Shown here one piece after another: positions 1-8,633 of a DNA stretch of 64,000 nucleotides (position 1 is the first letter of the stretch; the number at the start of each line of letters is the position of its first letter). The notes under the pieces are model-generated. The model saw only the letters and a list, made by a program, of their open reading frames with translations. It was not told the DNA's origin and made no database searches. This DNA is from Ignavibacteria bacterium (GTDB lineage Bacteria > Bacteroidota > Ignavibacteria > Ignavibacteriales > Ignavibacteriaceae). The translations under genes and the position numbers were made by a program. The DNA is taken from assembly GCA_030693705.1 (NCBI GenBank), contig JAUYAB010000004.1, positions 12,010 to 76,009 on the forward strand. Reading direction: 5' to 3'.

Positions 1-1
1 A

Positions 2-622
2 TTATTGGAAGCGTTTAAGCAAGGTGAAGATATTCATAGACGAACTGCTGCGCTGGTTTTCCAGATTCCACCGGAAGAAGTTACTCCCGATATGCGTAGA
101 AAAGCAAAGGAAGTTAACTTCGGTATTCTTTACGGCATCGGAGTCTTCGGATTAAAAACCCGTCTGAAGATTTCACAACAGCATGCAAAGGAAATTATCG
201 ATACTTATTTCAGTACTTTCAAAAATGTTAAAGCGTTTATGGATGCCTCAATTCAGTCGGCACGAGAAAAAGGATATGCTGAAACGTTGCTCGGCAGAAG
301 ACGCTTTCTGAAAAATATAAACAGTAAGAATTTTTCACTTCGCAATTTTGAAGAACGAGTTGCAATCAACATGCCGATACAAGGGACAGCCGCCGATATG
401 ATAAAACTTGCAATGATAAATATTCATAATGAACTTGCTAAAAGAAAGTTCGATACCAAAATGATTCTACAAGTGCACGATGAGTTGGTTTTTGATGCGT
501 TGAAAAGTGAGACCGATGAAGTTGTTCCGCTTGTTAAAGAATTGATGGAAAATGCCCTACCTTTGAACGTTCCGATACTTGTTGAGACCGGAATTGGAGA
601 TAATTGGATTGAGGCACACTAA
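2..622 (+). CDS. polA: DNA polymerase I, C-terminal polymerase-domain fragment (5' end outside the window)
   Basis: The frame is open to the window edge. The translation carries family-A polymerase motifs (RRKAKEVNFGILYG, QVHDELVFD) and ends at TAA 620-622. Confidence 0.95.
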   Translation, partial: LLEAFKQGEDIHRRTAALVFQIPPEEVTPDMRRKAKEVNFGILYGIGVFGLKTRLKISQQHAKEIIDTYFSTFKNVKAFMDASIQSAREKGYAETLLGRRRFLKNINSKNFSLRNFEERVAINMPIQGTAADMIKLAMINIHNELAKRKFDTKMILQVHDELVFDALKSETDEVVPLVKELMENALPLNVPILVETGIGDNWIEAH

Positions 623-635
623 AGGATGCCAAACT

Positions 636-674
636 TCCGAGGTTTTGATCCAGATATAACTTTCAAACCTCGGA
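636..674. terminator. Inverted repeat between convergent polA and hpnE, possible bidirectional terminator
   Basis: TCCGAGGTTT (636-645) pairs with AAACCTCGGA (665-674). The 19-nt loop and weak T tract lower confidence. Confidence 0.35.
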
Positions 675-679
675 GGTTT

Positions 680-2023
680 CTACCAAGTTGAGAAATATTT
701 TTGTACTTCTTCCGCGGCAGTAACCCCACTCTTAATAGCCCCTTCAATTGTTGCGGGTAAACCGGTGTTTGTCCAATCTCCCGCAAGAAATACATTTTCT
801 AAATTCGTCTTAACGGAGGGACGCTTCAACAAGTTTTCTTTATTTGGAATGAAAGTAGCCCGTTTTTCTTTTATGATTTTATAATCGGAAATATCTTCTT
901 TTTTTATGTCCAAATATTTCTGCAATTCTTCACTTACGATTGAAAATAATTCTTCTTGTGATTTTTCGATAAACTCATCTGCACTGCTTGTAACAGTTGT
1001 AATATAATTTCCGTGATTGAATACCCAATGAATCGGTGAGTTTAGCAAAGCATAAAAAGGTTTTTTCATCTTGTTTTCTTTTAACCATAAATGCAAAGTC
1101 AGTATTGAGGAAGTACTTAAATCTAAGCCCCCTTCTTTTCCCCCAAAGGGGGAATCATTATACCCTTCCCTTTGGGAAGGGCTAGGGATGGGCTTTTTTT
1201 CTATAATTTTACTTATAGCGTAAGAAGGTATCGCAAAAATGATCGCATCAAAATCATTTATAATTCCCTTATCAGTTCCAACCGCAATTGCTTTATTTTG
1301 AGCAATAGAGATTTCGAGAAGTTTTTCAGAATGAGATAATTCATTTTTGCTACTTTGAAGGAAATTAAGCGCAGGTTCAACAAACGCTTTTGATAAGCCG
1401 ACTTTCGGAATGATCATTGCCGACGCATCGCTTCCCTTCAAGAAAATTACTTTCAGAATATCAATAAACATTTTTGCGGAAGCATCCTTTAAGTGACTAT
1501 TCAAAGCTCCAACGCCAATTACTTCCCAAAATGCTTTTATACTTCTTTCATTCTGTCCGTTCTTCTTCAGCCAATCAAGAACGGAAACGTCGGAATATTT
1601 ATTTGAATCGGTAAATAGAAGTGTTGAAATAAGTGTTTTAATTTTTATTTTATCTAAGAGAGACAATGCGCGGTAACTCAGAAGTCCGGCAAGCAATCCG
1701 AAGGGATAAGGTAGTTTTATAGCTTTAAGATGAAATTCCTTTTTGTGTTGATCAACAAAATTTATTTCCAATCTCTTTTGGAAATAAAATTGATCTTCTG
1801 CACCAAGAAGTTTAATAAATTTTATTGTTTCATAATAACAACCAAGCAAAAGATGCTGCCCGTTATCGATCTCGTCACCACTTTTGTCATCGAGAAAAGA
1901 ATATGCTCTTCCACCAAATTTTGGTGATGCTTCAATTAGATGAACTTGAATATTTTTAGATGCGAGGAAAACTGCGGCGGATAAACCGGCTAAGCCACCC
2001 CCAACGATGAGACATTTTTTCAT
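680..2023 (-). CDS. hpnE: FAD-dependent hydroxysqualene dehydroxylase (phytoene-desaturase family), HpnE-like
   Basis: N-terminal dinucleotide-binding fold (VGGGLAGLSAAVFLA...LIEASPKFGGRA). Its start overlaps the stop of the upstream squalene-synthase-family gene by 4 nt, giving the hpnC-D-E gene order. Confidence 0.8.
   Translation of the reverse strand: MKKCLIVGGGLAGLSAAVFLASKNIQVHLIEASPKFGGRAYSFLDDKSGDEIDNGQHLLLGCYYETIKFIKLLGAEDQFYFQKRLEINFVDQHKKEFHLKAIKLPYPFGLLAGLLSYRALSLLDKIKIKTLISTLLFTDSNKYSDVSVLDWLKKNGQNERSIKAFWEVIGVGALNSHLKDASAKMFIDILKVIFLKGSDASAMIIPKVGLSKAFVEPALNFLQSSKNELSHSEKLLEISIAQNKAIAVGTDKGIINDFDAIIFAIPSYAISKIIEKKPIPSPSQREGYNDSPFGGKEGGLDLSTSSILTLHLWLKENKMKKPFYALLNSPIHWVFNHGNYITTVTSSADEFIEKSQEELFSIVSEELQKYLDIKKEDISDYKIIKEKRATFIPNKENLLKRPSVKTNLENVFLAGDWTNTGLPATIEGAIKSGVTAAEEVQKYFSTW
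1124..1195. repeat. GC-rich twin-hairpin segment lying in frame inside hpnE
   Basis: Two perfect stem-loops, TTCCCCC-AAA-GGGGGAA (1138-1154) and CCCTTCCC-TTT-GGGAAGGG (1163-1181), sit in a locally GC-rich patch of an AT-rich gene. The patch translates as PSPSQREGYNDSPFGGKEGG. Confidence 0.6.
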
Positions 2024-2868
2024 TTATAAACTAATTTATATTTTGCCCAAACTCCAAGTGAAATACCAACTTTTTCAAAAGTGCTTACTTTAATATTTTG
2101 ATTGAACACATCATACTTTGCATGAATGATTCTCTCCAACATCCGGTAATAAATATGCTGCATTGCACGCGCAGCAAACATTGAGGCTTTGTCGTCAAGA
2201 TCCAAATTATCCGTTGCCGTTTGAAAATATTCATTTGCTCTATTGGCTTCAAATTCCATTAAAGAAATAAAGTGTAAGTTATATTTTTTGTTTAGTAAAT
2301 CACTCTCACTATAATGGAATTTCCTCAATTCATCTTGTGGAAGATAGATACGGTTTTCTTTCGCATCTTTATTTACATCGCGTAAAATATTTGTAAGCTG
2401 CAACGCAATCCCCAGGTTTTCAGCAAAAGATAAAGCCGATTTATTTTTATACCCAAATATTTCAATACACATCAGTCCAACTGTTGAAGCAACTCTATAA
2501 CAGTAAAGACGCAAGTCTTCAAAAGTCTCATACCGTTTTTTCTGTAAGTCCATCTCCATTCCTTTGATAAGCTCAAAGAAATGTTCAATGGGAATGTGAA
2601 ATTGAGAAATTGTTCCGGCAAGTTTGTTTAGTAATTGAAGTTCGGAATTTCCTTTAAATGCTTTTTCAAATTCAATGCGCCATCTAACTAATTTTTGATA
2701 TTTGATTTCGTCGTTGTCCTGCCCTTCATCAACAATATCATCGGTCTTACGGCAAAAAGCGTAAATATTATTCATCGCCTCCCGCTGACTTGCAGGAAGT
2801 AGATTAAAAGCATAATAAAAACTGCTTTTACTTTTTTTTGCGATTTGTTTAGCTGAATCGTTTTGCAT
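2020..2868 (-). CDS. hpnD: Squalene/phytoene synthase family protein, presqualene diphosphate synthase HpnD-like
   Basis: SKSSFYYAFNLLP...YAFCRKTDDIVDE Asp-rich motif and a second motif, ILRDVNKD. It overlaps hpnC (20 nt) and hpnE (4 nt). Confidence 0.8.
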   Translation of the reverse strand: MQNDSAKQIAKKSKSSFYYAFNLLPASQREAMNNIYAFCRKTDDIVDEGQDNDEIKYQKLVRWRIEFEKAFKGNSELQLLNKLAGTISQFHIPIEHFFELIKGMEMDLQKKRYETFEDLRLYCYRVASTVGLMCIEIFGYKNKSALSFAENLGIALQLTNILRDVNKDAKENRIYLPQDELRKFHYSESDLLNKKYNLHFISLMEFEANRANEYFQTATDNLDLDDKASMFAARAMQHIYYRMLERIIHAKYDVFNQNIKVSTFEKVGISLGVWAKYKLVYK

Positions 2869-3721
2869 AACTGTATGCTTTAATCAATAGCGATATTAGT
2901 TCATATTTTTTTAACGAAGGTCTCTCTTTAAGAACATTGTATTTTGCTGCTTCTATTTTCTCCAATATTTTTCTGCCGCCAAGGATCGTCCATGCAATTT
3001 CAATTTTCAATTTTTTTGGCAAATACTTAAGCAGTTCTTCACCTTCGGAAAATAATTTTTTTGTTCTTTCAATTTGATACTTCATTACTTCACAAAATTT
3101 ATTTCGAAGTACCGGATCGGTAAAATTATTTTCGTTCAGACCGAACTTTGCCAAATCATTTACTGGAATATAATTTCTTCCCTTTTTAATGTCAAATTTG
3201 AAATCCTGGTAAAAGTTGGTTAATTGGAGAGCGGTACAAATTTTATCGGATAGTGCGTAAGCTTGCCGATCACGAATATCGTGAAGTTCAAGTATAAGTC
3301 TACCGATAGGATTAGCAGAGTTAGCACAGTACTCAAGAACATTTTCGAACTCCCGAAAATTCTTAAATAAGATATCGGATCGAAAAGCTTTCAGTAATTT
3401 GAAAAAAAGTATTTGTGAAAGATTTCTCTCCTTGATCGTTTCTGAAAGTGCATAATCAAATTTATCGGCAAAAATTCCAGTTAATAAATTTTGTAATCTT
3501 ATTTAAAACCTTGCAAGTTGTTCCAACCTTTTTTCAACCGACAAATCTCCTTCATCGGCAATATCATCTGCTGTACGTGCAAACCAATAAATTAGAGCAA
3601 TGTCTTTTCGTAATTTTTTCGGAATCAGAAATGAAACTACGGGAAAATTCTCGTAGTGCTTCCTGGCAAACTGAATTGCCTCTTGATAGGCTAACTGAAG
3701 TGTATTTGAGTTGATTTTCAT
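2849..3721 (-). pseudogene. hpnC: Hydroxysqualene synthase HpnC-like gene interrupted by one in-frame TAA (codon 73)
   Basis: ORF fragments 3503..3721 and 2849..3154 share one frame. A codon-by-codon walk over 3155-3502 finds no other stop. The N-fragment has FARTADDIADEG and the middle part reads ...ANSANPIGRLILEL...LQLTNFYQDFKFDIKKGRNYIP. Confidence 0.8.
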
Positions 3722-3731
3722 AGAAACTTTG

Positions 3732-3814
3732 TGCCCGAAAGGGGACTCGAACCCCTACGGAGGATCTCCACTAGACCCTGAACCTAGCGCGTCTACCAAT
3801 TCCGCCATTCGGGC
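3732..3814 (-). tRNA. tRNA-Leu (anticodon CAG), long variable arm, CCA not encoded
   Basis: The minus strand reads GCCCGAATGGCGGAATTGGTAGACGCGCTAGGTTCAGGGTCTAGTGGAGATCCTCCGTAGGGGTTCGAGTCCCCTTTCGGGCA. It has a 7-bp acceptor stem, anticodon loop TTCAGGG and T-loop GGTTCGAGTCC. Confidence 0.9.
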
Positions 3815-3864
3815 AAATAATTACCATCGAAAAATTAAGAATAACTATCGTCTTTTCAAACTTT

Positions 3865-6096
3865 TTACCAGCCGGAACCGGATTCTTTTTCCTGTAGAGG
3901 AACTGTAGAGCCTCCGTGGAGGTTACAACTCTGCGGCTTGTGCAAAATATTTATTAAATCGGAAACTTTGTTGGGACAATTCTCATTTGCTAAACGAGCA
4001 TCTCCCCTATCAATCGTTTCTTTACAGAACTGGGCATACTCAATTCCTTCCGGTAAAGTAAAATACTCTAACGGCAGGTTTAATTGTTTATAAGTTTCAG
4101 CCATAAATTTTGCCCAAATTGGCATAGAAGCTCTAGCGCCTTGACCATACCATCCGTTGAATTTCACACGTCTATCATCAAATCCTGTCCATACCCCACC
4201 AACTAATTGAGGAGTAAATCCGATAAACCATGCGTCGGCGAAATCTTGAGTTGTACCGGTTTTACCCGCTGCCGGTCTTGAAAAATATTGTCGAACTCTT
4301 GCACCGGTTCCGTAATTTAAAACATCTTCCATCATACTTGAAACAATTGCAGCCGTTTGCGGTGAGATCGCTTCTCTATACTCCGGTTTAAATTCATCAA
4401 TTAAAATTCCGTTTTTGTCTTCAATCTTTAAAATTGAAATTGGAGAGATGTACACGCCTTTGTTTGCAATGGTTGCAAAAGCAGAAGTTAATTCGAGAGG
4501 AGTTACTTCTACCGTTCCCAATGCAATTGAAGGGAATGCCGCAAGCGAGGAATTAATTCCCATTTTATGTGCATACTTAACTACCAGGTTTGGAGGTGCA
4601 ATATCAGAAATGGTTAATCTTCCGGCAATCACATTCACAGAATTTGCCAACGCCTGCCGCAGCGTTAAATAACCGCCGTAATCATTATCGCTGTTGTCTG
4701 GAGACCAGCCGTTAAAGTCGAATTTTTCGTTCAATAATGAAAACGCGGGATAATACCCATTATCAATTGCAGTTGTGTAAACCAGCGGTTTAAATGATGA
4801 GCCGGGCTGCCGTCTAATTTGCGTTACATGATTTAATCCGTATTGAAAATCTTGGTCAGCCCCGCCAACCAACGCTCTTATCTCTCCGGTTTTTGCATCA
4901 AGTACAACAAAACCGGATTGAATCGTGCTTTCAAGAACTTTAACCGAATCTATGAAAGCCGGATCATTAACAAGCTGATTATAAACCGCTTGTTTTTGAA
5001 TCTGCGATACAGCTTCTTTATAAGCAACTGTATTTTTGATAGCGCGATCAATCATAGGTCTTAAAATTGATTTGTTGTTATCCCATTTCCAGTTTTTATA
5101 AAATAACTCCTGGTATTCCCTCAAATGTTCAGCAACAACTTTGTTAGCAATTTTCTGCATCGACATATTTATAGTAGTATAAATATTTAATCCGTCTCTA
5201 AAGAGATCATACCCATATTTATCAGCCATAGCAATCATCTGTTGGCGAACGTATTCCATAAAATGAGGAGCCTCACCTCTCATTTTCACTTTCTTTCCCT
5301 TGGCTAAAACGATCGGCTCAAGTTTATACCTTTCATACTCACTTTCGGATAAATACCCGGCGACCACCATATTGTTCATAACTAAATTTCTTCGAGCAAT
5401 CGCCCGTTCCATCCTTCTTTCCGGATCATAATTTACTGAGGATTTTAGAAGAGCGATGAGTAAAGCTGATTCTGGCACTGTTAATTCTTTAGCTCTTTTC
5501 CCAAAATAAATATTTGCAGCAGTTTCTACACCGAATGCGCTTTTACCGAAATAGGAAACGTTTAAATAGAGTTCGAGGATTTCTTTCTTGGTGAAGTTTC
5601 TTTCTATTTGAACGGATGAGAGCCACTCTCTTATCTTTCTTGCAACTGTTTCAACCGGATTTTCATTTACCACTTTCAAACTATATAAATTTTTTGCGAG
5701 CTGCTGGGTAATAGTGCTCGCTCCTTCACGAGAAAAGGTAAAAAGATTTTTCGTCATCGCTTTGCTAAAACGGACGAGATCCACTCCCCAGTGACTGTAA
5801 AAATTTCTATCTTCGGTCGCTATCAAAGCATTAATTAGATGAGCGGGAATACTGTCAATATTCGTTTCAATTCTATTTTCAATATAAAATTGTCCCAGAA
5901 TTTCACCATCAACCGTCCAAACTTTGCTCGCTAATTGCGGGCGCGGATTCTCTAATTCCTCAAGAGACGGGAGCCCCCAGAAAACGTAAACAATAAATCC
6001 GACAATACACAATGCAAGGATTGAGAAGAGATACTTAAACTTTTTAATTAATAACAAATGTTTATTTGGAATTTTGTTTTTTTTTGATTTATCCAT
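3865..6096 (-). CDS. mrcA: Class A penicillin-binding protein 1A (glycosyltransferase + transpeptidase)
   Basis: N-terminal TM helix, GT51 motifs (EDRNFYSHWGVD, GASTITQQLAKN) and transpeptidase motifs (SSFKP, KTGTT). Confidence 0.9.
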   Translation of the reverse strand: MDKSKKNKIPNKHLLLIKKFKYLFSILALCIVGFIVYVFWGLPSLEELENPRPQLASKVWTVDGEILGQFYIENRIETNIDSIPAHLINALIATEDRNFYSHWGVDLVRFSKAMTKNLFTFSREGASTITQQLAKNLYSLKVVNENPVETVARKIREWLSSVQIERNFTKKEILELYLNVSYFGKSAFGVETAANIYFGKRAKELTVPESALLIALLKSSVNYDPERRMERAIARRNLVMNNMVVAGYLSESEYERYKLEPIVLAKGKKVKMRGEAPHFMEYVRQQMIAMADKYGYDLFRDGLNIYTTINMSMQKIANKVVAEHLREYQELFYKNWKWDNNKSILRPMIDRAIKNTVAYKEAVSQIQKQAVYNQLVNDPAFIDSVKVLESTIQSGFVVLDAKTGEIRALVGGADQDFQYGLNHVTQIRRQPGSSFKPLVYTTAIDNGYYPAFSLLNEKFDFNGWSPDNSDNDYGGYLTLRQALANSVNVIAGRLTISDIAPPNLVVKYAHKMGINSSLAAFPSIALGTVEVTPLELTSAFATIANKGVYISPISILKIEDKNGILIDEFKPEYREAISPQTAAIVSSMMEDVLNYGTGARVRQYFSRPAAGKTGTTQDFADAWFIGFTPQLVGGVWTGFDDRRVKFNGWYGQGARASMPIWAKFMAETYKQLNLPLEYFTLPEGIEYAQFCKETIDRGDARLANENCPNKVSDLINILHKPQSCNLHGGSTVPLQEKESGSGW

Positions 6097-6823
6097 TCTC
6101 TTGCCAGTCGATTATCTGAAAATTATCATTCTGGAATTTTCCATAACATGGTTGATCTAACCAGGTTCCCAAATTAATATAATATCCGCCGTTAACCTTT
6201 TCGAATTGTCTTTTGTGCGAATGTCCGAAGATAACATAATCATAATGATGATTTAGCTTATCTTTTGCTGCTTCAAACATTCCGTCAATTTCGCCATAAT
6301 TTTTTTTTGCCGTATAGTCTCTGCTTGTTTTACTCGTTTTACTGGCAAGACCAATTCCAAAATCGGGATGCACCAACGAATACATTTTTTGCAATATTTT
6401 ATTCCGTAAAACTTTTTTTAGAATAAGATAGCCAACATCGTTTTTAACTAAACCGTCACCGTGAGCTAAATAAAACTTCTTCCCTTCCAATTCAACCGAG
6501 ATACCATCGTGATAAAGGTGAGCGCCAATTTCCTTTTGAAAAAAATCACGGTGAAGAAAATCGTGGTTGCCGATAAAGTAGTGAAGTTCAACTCCATTTT
6601 CACATAAATCTTGCAAAGCGGTCAGTGTTCTAAAAAAACCTTTTTGATAAACTCGTTTATACTCAAACCAGTAGTCGAACAAATCACCTATGATATAGAG
6701 AGCTCCGGCGTTATCTTTAGCGTACTGTAAAAATGAGACTAAAAGTCGTTCTCTCTTTTTTTCAAGATCGGGAGCTAAAAGTCCTAAATGAATATCAGAA
6801 ATAAAAAAAATGGGTTTAGGCAT
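6089..6823 (-). CDS. lpxH: UDP-2,3-diacylglucosamine diphosphatase
   Basis: Calcineurin-like metallophosphoesterase motifs DIHLG, GDLFDYW and GNHDF in a 244-aa protein of typical LpxH size. It overlaps PBP1A by 8 nt. Confidence 0.85.
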   Translation of the reverse strand: MPKPIFFISDIHLGLLAPDLEKKRERLLVSFLQYAKDNAGALYIIGDLFDYWFEYKRVYQKGFFRTLTALQDLCENGVELHYFIGNHDFLHRDFFQKEIGAHLYHDGISVELEGKKFYLAHGDGLVKNDVGYLILKKVLRNKILQKMYSLVHPDFGIGLASKTSKTSRDYTAKKNYGEIDGMFEAAKDKLNHHYDYVIFGHSHKRQFEKVNGGYYINLGTWLDQPCYGKFQNDNFQIIDWQENG

Positions 6824-8514
6824 TATTTCTCATACGTGTTAAAATCATTAAACTCCACAAGAAGCCATCCTTGAGGATCGATCGAAATTGAATTCATTTT
6901 CTTTTTTAACTTGATCGTCGTTTCGAAATCCGTTTCATCAACTATAATGCGCTCCGAATAATCATCTTCCGGATTATCAAATAAAAATTTCACCTCTATG
7001 GGAAAGTGATATTCGGTTTCACCTTTTTGGGTTTGTTTTAAATTCAAAACAAGATAATAGGTCGAGTCATCGTCTTGTTTAACTTTCCAGCGGTAATTAA
7101 CAATCGGAATATTCTCTCCAACGTAAACCCACTGATTAAAAAACTCTGTCAAATCCTTTTTTGTAACTTCTTCACAAACTTTTCTAAAATCTTCGGACGA
7201 AGCATTTTTAAATTGGTATAAATCAAAATATTGATGAAGGATTGAAAAGAAGTTTTCATCTCCCACTTCCCAACGTAACATGTGAAGAACCCAAGCTCCT
7301 TTTCTATAAACTTTGGAACTGAATAAATTTCTTCCAGGATTGTAAAGCGGACCTTCAAATTCAGTACTGAAATTCTTACTCATATTTGAAAATAAAGCAT
7401 CTTTCCCGAAAACGATTTCATCATATAGCGCTTCAGAATAAGTTGCAAATCCTTCGTTGAGCCAAATATCTTTCCAGGTTTTCGGAGATACACAATTGCC
7501 CCACCATTGATGAGCCGCTTCGTGCACATAAATATCGGAAAACATTTTAGCGCCGGTAACAAAATTACTACCGATGCCGGTGATAGTAGCGTTCTCCATA
7601 GCTCCGCTCTGCCAGAGAAATTCCGCCACTCCATATTTTTCTTTTACAAAAGGATATTCACCAAACAACTGTGATAAAACTTTTAAGATTTGAGGCTGTT
7701 CATCAAAATCAATTTTGGCATTCTCTAAGTGCTCCGGAAGTGCATAATACTGAATTGGAACCGAATCACCCAAAGCCGTAACATATTTGCTTGTAAAAGT
7801 TTTATAACTTGATGAATAGATCGCCATAGTATAAGTCGGTAACTCATACGTCGTTCTCCAATGATAAGTTGCTCTTCCACTTGTATCGAATTTTTCAATC
7901 AGTACTCCATTCGACACCGATATTTCAGAAGATGCATTTGTAATGTACATATCGTATGCAGCTTTATCTGTCAGCAAATCGTTGCAAGGAAACCAGGTTG
8001 AAGCATATGTAGGTTCGCTTATATTGTAGATCAATGATTTTCCGTTAATTTCTCCGAATACAAATGATGATAAACCTAAATTTTTTGGTTTTCCTTCGTA
8101 AATAATCTCAACGTAATTGGTATCGTTAATAATTTTCGGATCAATTTTAAGCGTTGTTTTGTAGTTTGAATAATTTGTGGCTAACCCGTTCCACAACACC
8201 TTGTGGATGCGCATATTATCATAAAAATTTATACTGAAAATCTTTTGGAGCGAATCGGTAAAAACAAATTGAAGCGTGACATCTCCTTTTAACCGTTTCT
8301 GCTCAGGGAATAAATCAAGTTTAACAGAATAATGAATCACATCAATCAGCTTTTGTTCGGGAGAATTGTAGTCGTCCTCATCATCAAAATAATAATTGAT
8401 TCCGTAAGAATTTAAACTGCTAATTTTTGACGTAAACAAGCTGCCAAAAACAACAAATGTACTCACGAAGAAAAAAAGTGAGAAATAAATAATATTTTTT
8501 TTCATAAACGCCAT
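6823..8514 (-). CDS. M1-family zinc metallopeptidase (aminopeptidase N-like), secreted
   Basis: GAMEN motif, HEAAHQWWGN zinc site with downstream WLNEGFATY, and an N-terminal signal/TM segment. Confidence 0.85.
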   Translation of the reverse strand: MAFMKKNIIYFSLFFFVSTFVVFGSLFTSKISSLNSYGINYYFDDEDDYNSPEQKLIDVIHYSVKLDLFPEQKRLKGDVTLQFVFTDSLQKIFSINFYDNMRIHKVLWNGLATNYSNYKTTLKIDPKIINDTNYVEIIYEGKPKNLGLSSFVFGEINGKSLIYNISEPTYASTWFPCNDLLTDKAAYDMYITNASSEISVSNGVLIEKFDTSGRATYHWRTTYELPTYTMAIYSSSYKTFTSKYVTALGDSVPIQYYALPEHLENAKIDFDEQPQILKVLSQLFGEYPFVKEKYGVAEFLWQSGAMENATITGIGSNFVTGAKMFSDIYVHEAAHQWWGNCVSPKTWKDIWLNEGFATYSEALYDEIVFGKDALFSNMSKNFSTEFEGPLYNPGRNLFSSKVYRKGAWVLHMLRWEVGDENFFSILHQYFDLYQFKNASSEDFRKVCEEVTKKDLTEFFNQWVYVGENIPIVNYRWKVKQDDDSTYYLVLNLKQTQKGETEYHFPIEVKFLFDNPEDDYSERIIVDETDFETTIKLKKKMNSISIDPQGWLLVEFNDFNTYEK

Positions 8515-8573
8515 TGGGAAATCATTTAACTGTCAAATGCAATTTAAGATTTTTTTGATTGTTCTGAAAAGGG

Positions 8574-8610
8574 AAATAAAAAAGCCGTCCAACCTTAGTT
8601 GAGACGGCTT
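8574..8610 (-). terminator. Rho-independent terminator downstream of the T9SS protein gene
   Basis: AAGCCGTC (8582-8589) pairs with GACGGCTT (8603-8610). On the minus strand the stem is followed by a T run. Confidence 0.6.
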
Positions 8611-8633
8611 AGAGGAAAAACCGCGAGGTCGGT

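Noticed and set aside
2849-3721. TAA reassigned as a sense codon (alternative genetic code) to explain the hpnC internal stop
   Set aside because: TAA terminates polA (620-622), hpnD (2020-2022) and other well-delimited genes in this window at positions consistent with full-length proteins.
3448-3908. Plus-strand ORFs 3448..3714 and 3711..3908
   Set aside because: They lie antisense to hpnC and run straight across the tRNA-Leu gene. They are artefacts of the open antisense frame.
8582-8610. Shared terminator stem AAGCCGTC/GACGGCTT at 8582-8610 and 39047-39070, considered as a dispersed repeat
   Set aside because: Only the 8-bp stem is shared. The loops and flanks differ, and both are well explained as independent intrinsic terminators. 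Two copies are too few to call a family.
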